Source of the DNA: the human T2T-CHM13v2.0 reference genome, Homo sapiens
NCBI RefSeq assembly: GCF_009914755.1
Contig: NC_060930.1
Length of the DNA: 64,000 nucleotides
Reading direction: 5' to 3' (one strand)
Shown piece by piece: positions 36,362-52,779 of the stretch. Made by a program: the position numbers and the translations under genes. Every line of letters starts with the position of its first letter. The first letter of the stretch is position 1. The notes beneath the pieces were generated by a model. The model was not told the DNA's origin, ran no database searches, and worked only from the letters and a program-made list of their open reading frames with translations.

Positions 36362-36651
36362 GGGGTTTGGGCCATACTCCTGAAAGATACCATTCTAAAT
36401 GTTGTAATATCAAATGTTGAAATCCCAAAAGATCAAAATCCCTAATGTCTAAAGTCCCCAAAATCCCAATCCTGATAGACCAAAATCACAATATAATTCT
36501 GGAAAGATAATTTAAAAAAAATTTTAAAGACATTTACTTACATTTGTAAAGAAGGTTTGTTTGAGAAACATAAAAACACAACCGAACACTTTATAGGCAT
36601 TTGAGATTATGGCATTTGGGATTTTGTCTTTCGGATTATGATCGGCACTGT
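36362..36651 (+). mobile_element. Ricksha (MULE-MuDR) internally deleted DNA transposon
   Basis: GGGTTTGG...ATGTTGAAATCCCAAAAGATCAAAATCCCTAA left end; GGGATTTTGTCTTTCGGATTATGATCGGC right end. Confidence 0.75.
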
Positions 36652-39600
36652 GAACAGCTCTACCATCACGCATTCCCACCAGCAATGAATGAGAGTTCTT
36701 ACCGCACCAGCATTTGGTGGTGGTCATGTTTTGCTTTTGAGCCATTCTAATATGTATTTAGTGGTATCTCGTTTTAATTTGCAATTCACTAAGGGCATAC
36801 AATGTTGAAAATTTTTTCATATGCTTATTTGCCACGTGTATGTCTTCTTTGGTAAGTTTTTAGAGTACTTTGGACACCAACCTTTATCAAAAGTATTTTG
36901 CAAATGTTTTCTCCCAGTCTGTGGCTTGTCATTTCATTCTCTTGACAGTGCTTTCACAGAGTAAATGTTTTTAATTTAATGAAGTACAGCTTATCAATTA
37001 TTTCCTTCATCAATCATGCCTTTGGTGTTGGATCTAAAATATTCAGCTCAAACCCAAGGTCATCTAGATTTTCTTCTACACTATATTCTAGGAGTTTTAT
37101 AGTTTAGCATTTTACATTTCTGTCTGTAATCCATTTTGAGCTGATGTTTGTGAAGAGTTTAAGGTCTATGTCTAGATTCATCTTTTTGCGTGTGAACATC
37201 CCATTGTTCAGCACCATTTGTTGAAAACTTACTTTTCTCCGCTGTATTCCCTTTGCTCCTTTATCAAAAATCAGTTGATAGTATTTATATGGATCTATAC
37301 CTGTGCTCTCTGTTCTGTTTCATTGTTCTATTTTTCTATTCTTTTGCAGATACCACCACACTGTCTTTATTACTGTAGCTTTATAGTAAGTCTTGAAGTC
37401 GAATAGTGACAGTCCTCCAACTTTGTGCTTCTTCAATATTATGTTTGCTATACTGGGTCTTTTTCCTGTCCCTATAAACTTAAAAATCAGTTTGTTGATA
37501 TTCAGGAAATTATTTCTGGGATTTTGATTGGGTCTGCCTTGGATCTATACATCAAGTTGGGAAGAAGTGATGTCTTGATAATATTGAGTCTTCTTATCCA
37601 AAAACATGGAATCTTTCTCTATTTATTTAGCTTTTAATTTCTTCATCAGAGTTTTATAAATTCCCTCATAAAGGTCTTATATATTTTCGTTAGCTTTATG
37701 CCTAAGTATTTAACTTGGGGGAACTATTGTAAATGGGATTTTGTTTTTAATTTCAAATCCCATTTATTTGTTGCTGGCATATAGGAAAGCAATTAACTTT
37801 TGTATATCAACCATTTTTGCCACCTTGTTATAATTGCTTATTAGCTCCAGGAGGGTTTTCTCTTTTTTTTGGTCAACTCTTTCAGATTTTCTACATAGAC
37901 AATCATGTCATCTGCAAACAAAGGCAGTTCTATTTTTTTCTTCTTCTTCCCAATCTGTATACTTTTTACTTCCTTTTCTTGTCTTATTGCATTAGCTAGG
38001 ACTTCCAATAAATATGATAAATATGATGTTGAAAAGGGTTGGTGAAAGGAGACGTCCTTGCCTTGCTCCTTATCTTAGTGGGAAAGCTTCAATTTCTTAC
38101 CATTAAGTATGACGTTAGCTGAAATATTTTTGTACATGTTCTTTATCAACTTGAGTAAGTTCCCCTCTAACACTAGTTTGCTGAGAGTTCTGATCATGAA
38201 TGAGAGCTGGTTCTGTTAGATGCTTTTTCTGCATCTGTTGATATGATCATGTGATTTTCCTTCTTTAGCCTGGTGCTGTGGTGTAGTTAGTCTGCTGCCA
38301 CAGCCCAAGTGTATAAAATCCTCTGATGAATCTCCTGTGATGATTCAAATCCTGGAGTAATTTCCTGAAGAAGAGAAGAGCCTCTGCTCCACGCCCCGTG
38401 GCTTCCGCCCTTCCTTCCAGAGCAGGGGCCTGGCCTGCTCCCCACAGGGTTGTTGTATTCTGTTTATTAATCTCTTGTCAGATGAGTAGTTTGCAAATAT
38501 TTTCTCCATTCTATAGGTTGTCTCTTCAGTTTGTTGATTGTTTATTTTGCTGTGAGGAACCTTTTAAAGTTGACATGATATCATTTGTCCATTTTTGCTT
38601 TGGTTTCTTGTGCTTGTGGGGTATTACTCAATAAATTTTTGCTGAGACCAACGTCCTTGAAAGTTTCCCCAATGTTTTCTGGTAGTAGATTCATAGTTTG
38701 AGGACTTAAAGTCTTTAATTCATTTTGATTTGATTTTTGTATATGGTGAGAGATAAGGGTCTAGTTTCATTCTTCTGCATATGGATATCCAGTTTTCCCA
38801 GCACCATTTATTGAAGAGACTGTCTTTCTCCCAATGTATGTTCTTGACACCTTTGTAAAAAACTGAGTTCACTGTAAGTGTGTAGATTTGTTTCTGGGTT
38901 CTCTATTCTGTTCCACTGGTCTATGTGTCTGTTTTTATGCCAGTACCACACTGTTTTGGTTACTTTAGCTCTGTAGTACAATTTGAAGTCAGGTAATGTG
39001 ATTCTTCCAGTTTTGTTCTTCTTGCTCGGAGAGCTTTGGCTATTCTGGGTCTTCTGTGGTTTCACATAAATCTTAGGACGATTTTGTCTCTTTCTGTGAA
39101 GAATGTCATTGGGATTTTGATGGAAATTACATTAAATTTGTAGATTGATGTCAGTAGTATGGACATTTTAACAATATTGATTCTTCAAATACATGAAAAT
39201 GGAATATTTTTCAATTTTTTAGTGTCCTTTTACATTTCTTTTATTACTTTTTTTATAGTTTTCACTATAGACATCTGTCACTTCTTTGGTTAATTTAACT
39301 CCTAGGTATTTAATTTTACTTGTGGCTATTGTAAATGGAATTACTTTCTTGATTTCTTTTTCAGATTGTTTACTTTTGACATACAGAAGTGCTACTGATT
39401 TTTGTATGTTGATTTTGTATCATGAAACTTTACTAAATTTGTTGATGCGTTCTAGTTGTTTTTTGATTCAGTCCTTAGAGTTTTCCAAATATAAGATCAT
39501 ATAATCTGTAAACAAGGATAATTTGACTTCTTTTTTTCCAATTTGGATGCACTTTCTTTCTCTTGTCTGATTGCTCTAGCAAGTACTTCCAGTACTATGT

Positions 39601-42600
39601 TAAATAACAGTGGTGAAAATGAGCATCCCTGCCATGCTTCTGATCTTAGAGGAAAGGCTTTCAGTTTTTCCCCATTTGGTATGATAATAACTGGGGGTTT
39701 GTCATATATAGCTTTTATTATGTCGAGGTATGTTCCTTCTAGCCCCAGTTTTTTGAGGGTTTTTATTATGAAGGAATATTGAATTTTATCAAATGCTTTT
39801 TTCAGTATCAATTGATATGATCATATGGTTTTTGGCCTTCATTCTGTTGATACTATGTATCACATTGATTGATTTGTGTATGCTTTGAATCCCAGGGATA
39901 AATCCCACTTGGTCATGATGAATTATCTTTTTAATATATTGTTGAATTCAGGTTGCTGGTATTTTCTTGAGGATTTTTGCATCAGTGTTCATCAGAGGTC
40001 TTGGCCTATAGTTTTCTTTTTGTGCTGTGTCTTTGTCCTGTTTTGGTATCAGGGTAATATTGGCCTCATAGAATGAGTTTGATAGTATTCCCTCCTCCTC
40101 TATTTTTCAGAATAGTTTTAGTAGGATTGGCATTAGTTCTTCTTTAAATGTTTGGTAAAATTCAGTAATGAAGCCACTAGGTCCTGGGCTTTTCTTTACC
40201 GGGAGAACTTTATTCTGGCTTCTGTCTCATTACCTGTTACTGGTTTGTTAAGGTTTTGGATTTCTTCATGGTTCAATCTTGGTAGGTTGTATGTGTCCAA
40301 GAATTGTCAATCTCCTCTAGATTTCCCTATTTCTTGGCATATAGCTGCTCATAGTAGCCACTAATTACCTTTGAATTTCTGCAGTATCAGTTCTAATGTC
40401 TTCTCTTTCATTATTGACTTTTATTTTTTTGGATCTTCCCTCTTTTTTTCTTAGTTAGTCTGGCTAAAGGTTTGTCAATTTTGTTTAGCTTTTCAAAAAC
40501 CTCATTTTTTGTTTTGTTCATCTTTTTGTATTGTTTTTTACATTTCAGTTTCATTTATTTCTGCCCTGATTTTTATTATTTCTTTTCTTCTACTAATTTT
40601 ATCTTCAGTTTGTTTTTGTTTTCCTAATTCTTTAAGATGCATTATTATGTTGCTTATTTGAAGTTTTTTTTTTTTAATGTAGGCACTTAATAGCTACAGA
40701 CTTCCCTCTTAGTACTGCTTTGGCTATATCCCACAGGTTTTGGTATGTTGTGTTTCCATTATCATTTGTTTCAAGAATTTTTTTCAATCTCCTCCTTAAT
40801 TTCTTCATTAACTCATTGGTCATTCAGGAATATATTGTTTAATTTCCATGTGTTTGAACAGTTTCCAAAATTCCTCTTGATATTGATTTCCAGTTTTATT
40901 CCATTGTGATCAGAGGAGATGCTTGATATTTAATTTTGTTGAATGTTTTAGACATTAATGTTTATGGTCCATCCTTGAGAATGCTTCATGTGCTTAGGAG
41001 AAGAATGTGTATTCTGTAGCTGTTTCGTGAAATGTTCTGTATTAAGTCCATTTGGTCTATAGTACAGATTAAGTGTGAAGTCTCTTTGTTGATTTTCTGT
41101 CTGGAAGATCTGTTTAATGTTGAAAGTTGGCTTTTGAAGTCTCCAGCTATTATTGTATTGGGGCCTGTCTTTCTCTTTAGCTCTCATAATACTTGCTTTA
41201 TATATCGGGGTGCCCAATGTTGGGTGCAAATGTATTTGAAATTGTTATATCTGCTTGCTGAAGTGACCCCTTTATCATTATATAGTAACCTTCTTTGTCT
41301 CTCCTTGTAGCTTTTGGCTTGAAATCTATTTTGTCTGATACAAGTATAGTTAGTTACTCCTGCTCTTTTTTGGTTTCCATTGACATGGAATATCTTTTTC
41401 TATCTTTTTATTGTCAGTGTATATGTATCTTTATAGGTAAAGTGTGTTTATTTTAGGCAACAGATCAATGGGTCTTTATTTTTCATCCATTCAGCTACTC
41501 TTTATGTTTTGATTGGAGAGTTTAGTACATTTACATTGAATGTTATTATTGATAAGTAAGCAATTATTCCTCCCATTTGGTTATTTGTTTTCTGGTTGTT
41601 TTGTGGTCTTATCTTCCTTCTTTTTTCCATTCTATCTGCCTTTCAGTGAAGGTAATTTACTCTGGTTATATGGTTTTGTTTGTTGCTTTCTATTTTTTGT
41701 GTATCCTGTGTATTTTGGGGAGGGGTTATGTTACCACGAGGCTTGCAAATACTATCTTGTAACTCATTATTTTAACCTGAAAACAATTTAGCACTTTTTG
41801 CATAAACAAACAAACAGGTAAAAAACCCCAAAAAACTCTAAACCTTAACTTTGTCCCCCTACTTTTTAACATTTTGTTGTTTCTATTTATATCTTATTGT
41901 ACTGCTTATGTCTTGAAAAGTTGCTGTAGTTATTATTTTTTATTGGTTTGTTATTTATTCCTTCTACTTAAGGTAAGTTTAGATTACATACTAAAGTTAT
42001 AATGTTATAATATTCTGTGGGTTTCTGTGTACTTACTATCACCAGTGAGTTTTGTACCTTCAGATGATTTCTTTTTGTTCATTAATGTCCTTTTCTTACT
42101 GATTGAAGTACTCCCTTTAGCATTTCTTGTAGGACAGGTCTGGTGTTGATGAAATACTCAGCTTTTGTTTGTCTGGGAAAGTCTTTATTTCTCCTTCATG
42201 TTTAAAGTATATCTGATGCAGAAATAGGGTAAATTTTTTTTTTTCTTTCAGCACTTTAAATATGTCATGCCACTCTCTCCTGGCCTGTAAAGTTTCCACT
42301 GAAAAGGCTGCCTACCAGACATATTAGAGCTAAATTGTATGTTGTTTGTTTCTTTTTTATTGCTGCTTTTAGGATCCTTTCTTTACCTTTGACATTTGGG
42401 AGTTTGATTATTAAATGCCTTGAAGTAGTCTTCTTTAGATTAAATTTGCTTAGTGTTCTATAACCCTCTTATACTTAAATATTGCTATCTTTCTCTAGGT
42501 TTGGGAAGTTCTCTGTCATTATCCCTTTGAATAAACTTTCTACCCTAATCTCATTCTCTACTTCCTCTTTAAGGCCAATAACTCTTAGATTTGCCCATTT

Positions 42601-45600
42601 GAGGGCTGTTTGCTAGATCCTGTAAGTGTGCTTCTTTGTTTCATTGTTTTTTATTCTTTATTCTTTTGTCTCCACTGACTGTATTTTCAAATAGCCTGTC
42701 TTCAAGCTCACTAATTCTTTCTTCTGCTTCATCAATTCTGTTATTAAAAGACTGTGATGTATTCTTCAGTATGTCAGTTGCATTTTTCATCTCTATAATT
42801 TCTGTTTTATTATTTTTAATTATTTTAATCTCTGTTAAATTTATCTGATAGAATTCTGAATTTCTTTTCTGCATTACATTGAATTTGCTTCAGTTTCTCC
42901 AACATAGCTATTTTAAATTATTTGTCTGATATGTCACATATCTTTGTTTCTCCAGGAATAGTCCCTGGTGGCTTATTTAGTTCATTTAGTGGGGTCGTAT
43001 TTTCTTGGATTGTCTTGATACTTGTAGATGTTTGTCTGTGTTTGAGCATTGAAGAGTTAGGTATGTATGGTAGTCTTTTCAGCCTGGTCTTGTTTGTATT
43101 TGTACCTGTCCATCTTGGGAAGTCTTTCCAGATATTCAAAATAACTTGGGTGTTCTAATCTAAGATGTATCTGCTTTAGGGAGCACCTCAACCCCAGTAA
43201 TGCTGTGGTTCTTGCACATTCATTGAGGGACCACTTTGATGGTCTTTGACAAGATCTGGAAAACTTATCTGAATTACCAGGTAGAGACTCTTGTGTTTCT
43301 TGTTTGTTTGTTTGTTTTTCCTGTTACTTTCTCCAAAACAAATGGAGCCTCTCTCTCTGTTCTGAGCGATGTGGAGCTGGTGGTGGTGTGACACAAGCAC
43401 CCTTGAGACCACCACTACTAGGACTCTGCTGGGTCAGACCTCAAGCCAACACAGCACTGGGTCTTACTCAAGACCTGCTATAACAATTCCCTGGCTGTGG
43501 CCTATGTTCACACAGGACTTGGGGCTCTTCAATCAGCAGGTGGCAAAGCCAACCAGGCCTGTGTCCTTCCCTTCAGTGTGACAAGTTCCTCTCAGGCCCT
43601 GGGCATGTGCAGAGATGTTGTCCAAGAGCCACGTTCTAGAGTCAAAAACCTTAGAACTCTATCTGGTATTCTATTGTACTGTGGCTGAAGTAGTACTCAA
43701 ACCACAAAATGCAGTCCTTCCCACTTTTCCTTTTTCTTTCCAAAGGCAGAGGAGCTTCACCCTGTGGCCAGAGCCACTACTGGCCCATGGGGAGTACTGC
43801 CAGACTACCACTGCTGTTCCCTTAAGCCCCAAAGGCTCTTCAGTCAGCTTGTCATGAGTGCTACCTTGCCTGGGACTCACTCTTCAGAGTAGTGGGCTAT
43901 CCTCTAGCCCAAGGCAGGCCCAGAAATGCCATGCAAAAGCCAAGTCCTAGAACCCCATGAACCTACTAAGTACTCTACCCCACTGTGGCCAAGCTGGTGT
44001 CTAAGGTGCAAGACAAAGTCCCCTTTGCTTCTCCCTCCCCCAGCCACTTTTCTCAAGTGGAAGGAGTCTTACCCCATAGTCACCATGGCTGGGAACCTGC
44101 TGAGTCTCACTTGAAGCCATCAAGTTTCCAGTCTTACTCAAGGCCCTCGACATAGTACCTGAGTATTGCTGCTGGTTATTCAGGGCCCAAGGGCTCTTCA
44201 TTAGCAAGTGGTAAATTTTTCCAGGACTGGGTTCTTCCCTTGAAGACAGCAGGTTCCCTTCTGGCCCAGGGTGTGTCTAGAGATGTCATCCAGGAGCTAC
44301 AGCCTGAAAAGAGAGCCTCATAAGTCTGACTGGGGCCATATCCTGCTGTGGCTGAGATTCAAGATGCAACACGAAGTCCTCCCCACTCTTCCTTCTCCTC
44401 TCGTAGAGTGGAGAAAAGGGATCTCTCTTGGAACTGTGAGCTGTGCAGCCTGGGGCTAGGGGAGGCGTGATGCCAGCTCTCCGTTAGCCACCACATACTC
44501 CTATAGTCCACTGTCTACTGGCCACGTTCAGCACTAGGACTTGCCTAAAAGTTGCAGTCCTTGTGGCCTAGATAGTCTTTTGAGTTTATTTAAGGCCCCA
44601 GCGCCCTTTAGCCCACAGTGGTGAGGCTTGCAGGAACTCAAGTTCAGACCACTGGGATTAGTGATTCCCCTCTGGCTAGGGCTGGGTTAAATGCTCCCTC
44701 CATGGGCAGGCATCAACTGAGTTGGTCCGGTTCTGTTTTCTGTTATAATAGGACAGCACTGAGTTCAATGTGTCACAAATGCTGCAATCTCCCTCTACCT
44801 AGCACACAGAAGCACTCTCCATACACTGCCCACCCACTGCTGGGGAATGGAGGAGGAATGGTGTTGGTGATTCAAGACTGTTTTTCCTACCCTTTCAGTG
44901 CCTCTTTCTCTTTCAGTGATATGAACTTAAAACCAAGTGCTGTGAGTGCTTACCTGATTTTTGGTTCTTATGAGGTACTTTTTTGTGTAGATAGTTGTTA
45001 AACTGGTGTTCTTATCAGGGGGACAATTGCTGGAGCCTTTTATTCTGCCATCTTGCTTCACCAGAAATCCAATATTATTATCTTATTTGGTCTAGCTTAT
45101 CAGTAGCCCTTCTCTTGTAGGGGTCTCTATGTCTCTTCCATGGGGCTTTGCTAAGTTCAAATACAGATTCACATATTAAACAGTGCCGCCTTTAAACTCT
45201 GATCTGCCTTTAAAATCTTTGGATATACGTAAGACTGACATTTTGTAAAGTAGTATATGAGCAATGTGACAACAAATTAAATGTTTCCTTTAAAAAAAAA
45301 CTAAACACTCTAGAATATGAATAAATGAAAGCAATCTTTTTAAATGGTCATTTTGTAAGATTATCTGTTTCTAGAAAAACTTGCTGGTTCAGGACAAATC
45401 TTGAAACTGCCTTCAAAAAATTCATAAACCTATTTTTTGAAAAGAAATTTCATTCACATACACTAAAGCTGAATGTCTTTCTTTAAACCACAAATAAAAT
45501 AATATGAGTACAATGCATAAACTTAGCTTTAATATTTCAAAAAAACCAATTCTATCCTCAAAAAATAAAGACTTAAACACTTGCAGCTATATTAAAGGAT

Positions 45601-45656
45601 ATGTTAATATACAAGGAAGCACATTTCCAGATGAGATTTTCTAAACATATGTTGGA

Positions 45657-46122
45657 TGATATGGTTTGGCTGTGTCCTGACCCAAATCTCATCTTGAATT
45701 GTAGTTTCCATAATCCCCGCATGTCATGGGAGGGACCCAGTGGGAGCTTATTGAATCCTAGGGGCAGTTACCTCCATGCTGTTCTCATGGTAGTGAATGA
45801 GTTATCATGAGATCTGATGGTTTTATAGGAGGGTTTTTCCCCCTTTGCTCTCCACTTCTCCTTGCCGCTGCCATGTGAAGAAGGACATGTTTGCTTCCCC
45901 GTCTGCCATGATTTTAAGCTTTTTGAGGCCTCCCAAGCCATGTTGAACTGTGAGTCCTCTTTCCCTTAAAAATTACCAGTCTCAGATATGTTTTATTAGC
46001 AGCGTGAGAATGGTCTAATTTTTGAGGCCTCCCAAGCCGTATTGAACTGTGAGTCCTCTTTCCTTTAAAAATTACCCAGTCTCAGATATGTTTTATTAGC
46101 AGCCTGAGAATGGACTAACACA
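45657..46122 (+). mobile_element. THE1-family MaLR solo LTR with duplicated 3' end
   Basis: TGATATGGTTTGGCTGTGTCC...CCCAAATCTCATCTTGAATTGTA...GAGAATGGACTAACACA. Confidence 0.9.
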
Positions 46123-46700
46123 ATGGTCTATCATTAATAATTCTATTCAGGTCTGTTTCCTTAAAAATTAGTAGAATACCTGACATACTGTAGACCTCTG
46201 AGAGTCTCCCCTTGGTGTGCATTTACGTTTAAGAAGAGGATATATTAATACGTTTATGAAGAAGGGTAAATCCTGGTTTTTGCTCTTGAGGTTCTAAAAC
46301 TTGATTAAGGAAATAAAAAGACAGGCATTGTGGGGACACTGGGGATTTTAGAACTTTTCTTTTATACCCAGAAAAATTTTAAAGATTCAAAACAGGACTA
46401 TGTCTGTCTCTTTAAGAATTTAAACATTTGATAGTAAGGTATAATTAAGAATGAACTTCAAAGCATCAATTTACCTTAATCAATAGTCTTACTGTGTGCT
46501 TGGACACTTTCAAGGGAAATGAGGAGAAAACAAGTAAAATTATAAGCTAAAAAAAAACAGAGTAATAGAAAATATTCACCAAATACATGCAGTTGACTTT
46601 CCCAGTAGCAAATTAATTTTTAGTACAAAAAAAATTTTTTTGTATTTTCCCCTATAAGATTTGGAAAGTACAGAGAGATTAGAGAAGAAAGACAGTCTAG

Positions 46701-46751
46701 TCGAGACCAGACTGACCAGCATGGTGAAACCCCATCTCTACTAAAAATACA
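46701..46751 (+). mobile_element. About 50-bp internal Alu fragment between 22-bp direct repeats
   Basis: TCGAGACCAGACTGACCAGCATGGTGAAACCCCATCTCTACTAAAAATACA. Confidence 0.85.
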
Positions 46752-47454
46752 GAGAGATTAGAGAAGAAATTTGGGTAACAGACCTTGTTCTATATCAATT
46801 TTGGCAATCTCTTCACTGAAAAGAGGAAACATTCTATGAAGCTGAAAAGGATCGAGAGTGATAAACACCATTAAAATACATGGACTGCTTTCATTGTTCT
46901 TACATGAAAGCAGTCACAGAACAGATAAATACAAAGACAAGTTACATTAGCACTGCTCTCTGAACCTGCAAATGGATGCAAATGAAGCCTAGACTATATA
47001 ATCCAAGATAAGAAGCAGAAATTTCAGCCACAAAGAATCTAAGTGTAACTTAATTCTAAGGTTACCATGGAAGTTTAATTTTACATTTAAAGCAATTAAA
47101 AAAATAAAATTTTCTATGTAGTTTAATCTCATCAAAAGCTCTGTGAGTAGTTCACATTTCTATAAATCTCATTTCAAAAATGCAATATCTTACTGTTAAT
47201 ATAAAATATTGGTATTTGGACAATTTTAAATTATTATTTTACTAAAAGTGCTTAAAGAGAAAATTATCAATTAATTGTTTGGCACAGGTCATTAAGTTCT
47301 GAGCTACTCTGTTGCATATGTCTAAAATGCACCAAACCATGGAGTCTACACTACTCTCCTGGCAACCAGTTGCTACAGAAAAGACTGAGGAGCTGCTATA
47401 TTCTATAACTGCCAGTCTATAATGTCAACAGAACCAGTGCCTTACAGTGAGTCA

Positions 47455-47784
<330 letters not shown>

Positions 47785-47789
47785 TTATT

Positions 47790-49300
<1,511 letters not shown>

Positions 49301-49772
49301 GAGGAGGAGAAAGGGAAGCTGTGAAAAACAGAGAGAAAGTTGAAGGCAGGCCTTGGGTTAGAGATGAAAACATGAATAAAGTGCCAGTTTTTAATGAAAA
49401 TGGAATAGTCCCATGGTATTAACACCAACGAGAGTCTTTTATACAAAGGCAGATGTGCAAGGGTTTGAAAGTGGAATTAAAGCGCTGGAAAAGTGCTACT
49501 ACCCCCACTGCTTTCTCTGTGACCCTTGGAGCATGAAGTTCAGGGAGGGGAGGATGAGAGAAAGAATCAAGTGAAAGGAAGCACAGAGAGTTGTACAGAG
49601 ATAAGAATGCAGGTTAATACACTTTTTTTGTGAGTATTGAAGGCTATAATGCAAAAGAGTGATTTGCTCAAGAAGTGATTTTAGAAAGATTTATATGGCA
49701 CTGATACAAATGTTCAATGGAGTAAAAGGAAACAAAAGAAAGAAGCTGAGACATTTTTATGATGACCTAAAT

Positions 49773-50743
<971 letters not shown>

Positions 50744-52779
50744 TATCTATTAGAAAGTGATAAGGGGCTGTACTAGGGTAATGGCAAACCTCTGTAACTG
50801 GAAATTGAAGAGCAAGACTTGAATAGAAATGAGGTTCCAGATTTTAGAAAGACATTTAGGCTTATGTATCATTTAAACTAGTTGTTTTTGGATAAATTTT
50901 CAAGAGTTGATTTAGTTGGACCCTAGATACTACCTTCAGGCCCTTAAAAGAATCAGGTCCTTTAAGGACGATTCTGTACAGTTAAATATAGTGTATTATT
51001 TATAATAATTCTTCTTGCTAATTTCTAGGCCACATACAACAGGATATAAAAAGCCAAACAACAAAGGATAAATTCTTTCATATGTGTGTAATCCTATAAA
51101 CCCTCTTTGAAGTTGATTCTCATATTTTTATTTTACAGAAAAGGAAACCAAATATCAGGAAGTATAAGTAATTTAGTAAGTCACAAGGAAGTAAATAGTT
51201 GAGACTGGATTTTGAACTGCTTTTTTTTTAATCAAAAGTCCGGGGCTTTCATCCACTTTATTCTAGATGGCTTTGTTTTAGGTTTATTGGGTAGAAGTTG
51301 GTGTGAGGAGTTTTTTGCTTTCATTTACTTATTTATTTTTTTACCATGCAAATAAAGAGTGCCTATTCCATTTTACTTGATATGTATGCAACAATCCAGT
51401 GATCAAGGATAATATTGTATCACAATGCATTTGCATTCTCATTAGCTATGCCCATTTAAAAGTTAGATAACATAGAAAATATCTATAAACAAATACATAA
51501 AATGTTCCTCCAATGAAACCTTGGATGTCCCATTTTTCTGAGCTTCAAACCACTGTAATTGTTTCCTGCATAGTATTTATGTTTGTGTTCCTCATTAATA
51601 GCCATTAATCATGTGTTCCATTAACAGCCACTCTCAACAGAATCAGGACTAAGCTATTAAAGTAAGTGTAGGATGAAGGCAATTCTATGAATAACTAAGC
51701 CAATAGATGTTGAAATTCAAAGAAGAGAAGTGACTTTTAGCACTTTCCTGGGATTCATCCGTGCTATGAATAAATACGTTGCTTTGAAACAAATAATTTT
51801 TGTGAAAAATGTTGCATGATATGGGTTTGATAGCAATGTTCAATCTAAATGTATAGATAATAAATTATTCTTGCTTCGAATAGAAAGCCTGGGCTAAGCA
51901 AGAAGCATCAACAAAAAGACAGATATTTCTATTGTACAAATTACATATTAAGGCTCAATGAAATAAAAGATATATTTGGGATCAATACTGTATGAAATAA
52001 TTATGTTTGTAATAAATTGACTCATTTATTTGCAGTCCATCTCCTTTTATGAGAGACTTGAACTTTCACAACAGACTTCAGACCAATTGAGTAGGAAATG
52101 AACAATTATGGAGGAAACAGGGAATATACCATAGGGAAACTCTGAAATAACAAAAACTTGAAATTGAGGTGCTTTTATACTACATATTAAGTGGTATTAA
52201 TTTATTATTTCTGGAACAGTTTTTCTCTAGGTTTCTCAAGACTGTCAATATATTTGAAAGAAAATTAAATTTGTTCTGCAGCTTCCTGAATTGTATATTA
52301 AATGGGTGGAAGATACCAAGATATAAATGTTAAACAACTTAAGGAAGGACATGCAATGATAACCAGAATATTCTATATTCAAAATAGAAGGATAATAACT
52401 ATCCTCACTGAAAGATGATAAAGACCAATAGAAAACAAAAAAATCAATCTCAGCTGAGAATATGAAGCACAAAGTTCAAGTCCTGCTCTAGAGAGTAATT
52501 GCATTTTTCTATAAAACAGAATAAAAAAACAACTGTTTCTAGAAAAGGGCAATGGGAATGGGGTTGCTCTTTGCCTGTAATTCTAGAAGAAAAGGCATAT
52601 GGCTAGTCCATAAGTCTATACATTTAAGTCCTGGTTGGTTGACAGACTATATTGAGTCAAAAAGGACAAAACGTCTTCATTAAGGTTTTCCCATAAAGAT
52701 GTTTTATTTTCAAACTGTGTCATTAAAAAAATCACCCAGATTGTTTTATTTTTATTTTATATTATTTATCACCCAGATT

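Larger units (their letters stand above)
35235..38285 (-). mobile_element. L1MC1/2-type LINE-1, 3' portion
   Basis: TTTTTAGAGCAGTTTTAAGTTCACAGCAAAAT...CCAAAGTCCATAGTTTACATTAG is the L1MC 3'-UTR signature. Confidence 0.8.
34966..45069 (-). mobile_element. Originally full-length L1MA2/3-type LINE-1 (3' end 34966-35196, body 38455-45069) carrying a 3.3-kb nested block
   Basis: ORF2 and ORF1 remnants ([25 protein letters not shown]; ETLQARREWHDIFKVLKEK; FNNRIDEAEERISELED); 5' end GCCATCTTG; TSD CAATATTACT (34956) / CAATATTATT (45070). Confidence 0.88.

Noticed and set aside
38290-38370. Minus-strand frame KLLQDLNHHRRFIRGFYTLGLWQQ as an identifiable pseudogene
   Set aside because: Too short and not recognised, so it is left as an unassigned part of the nested-block finding.
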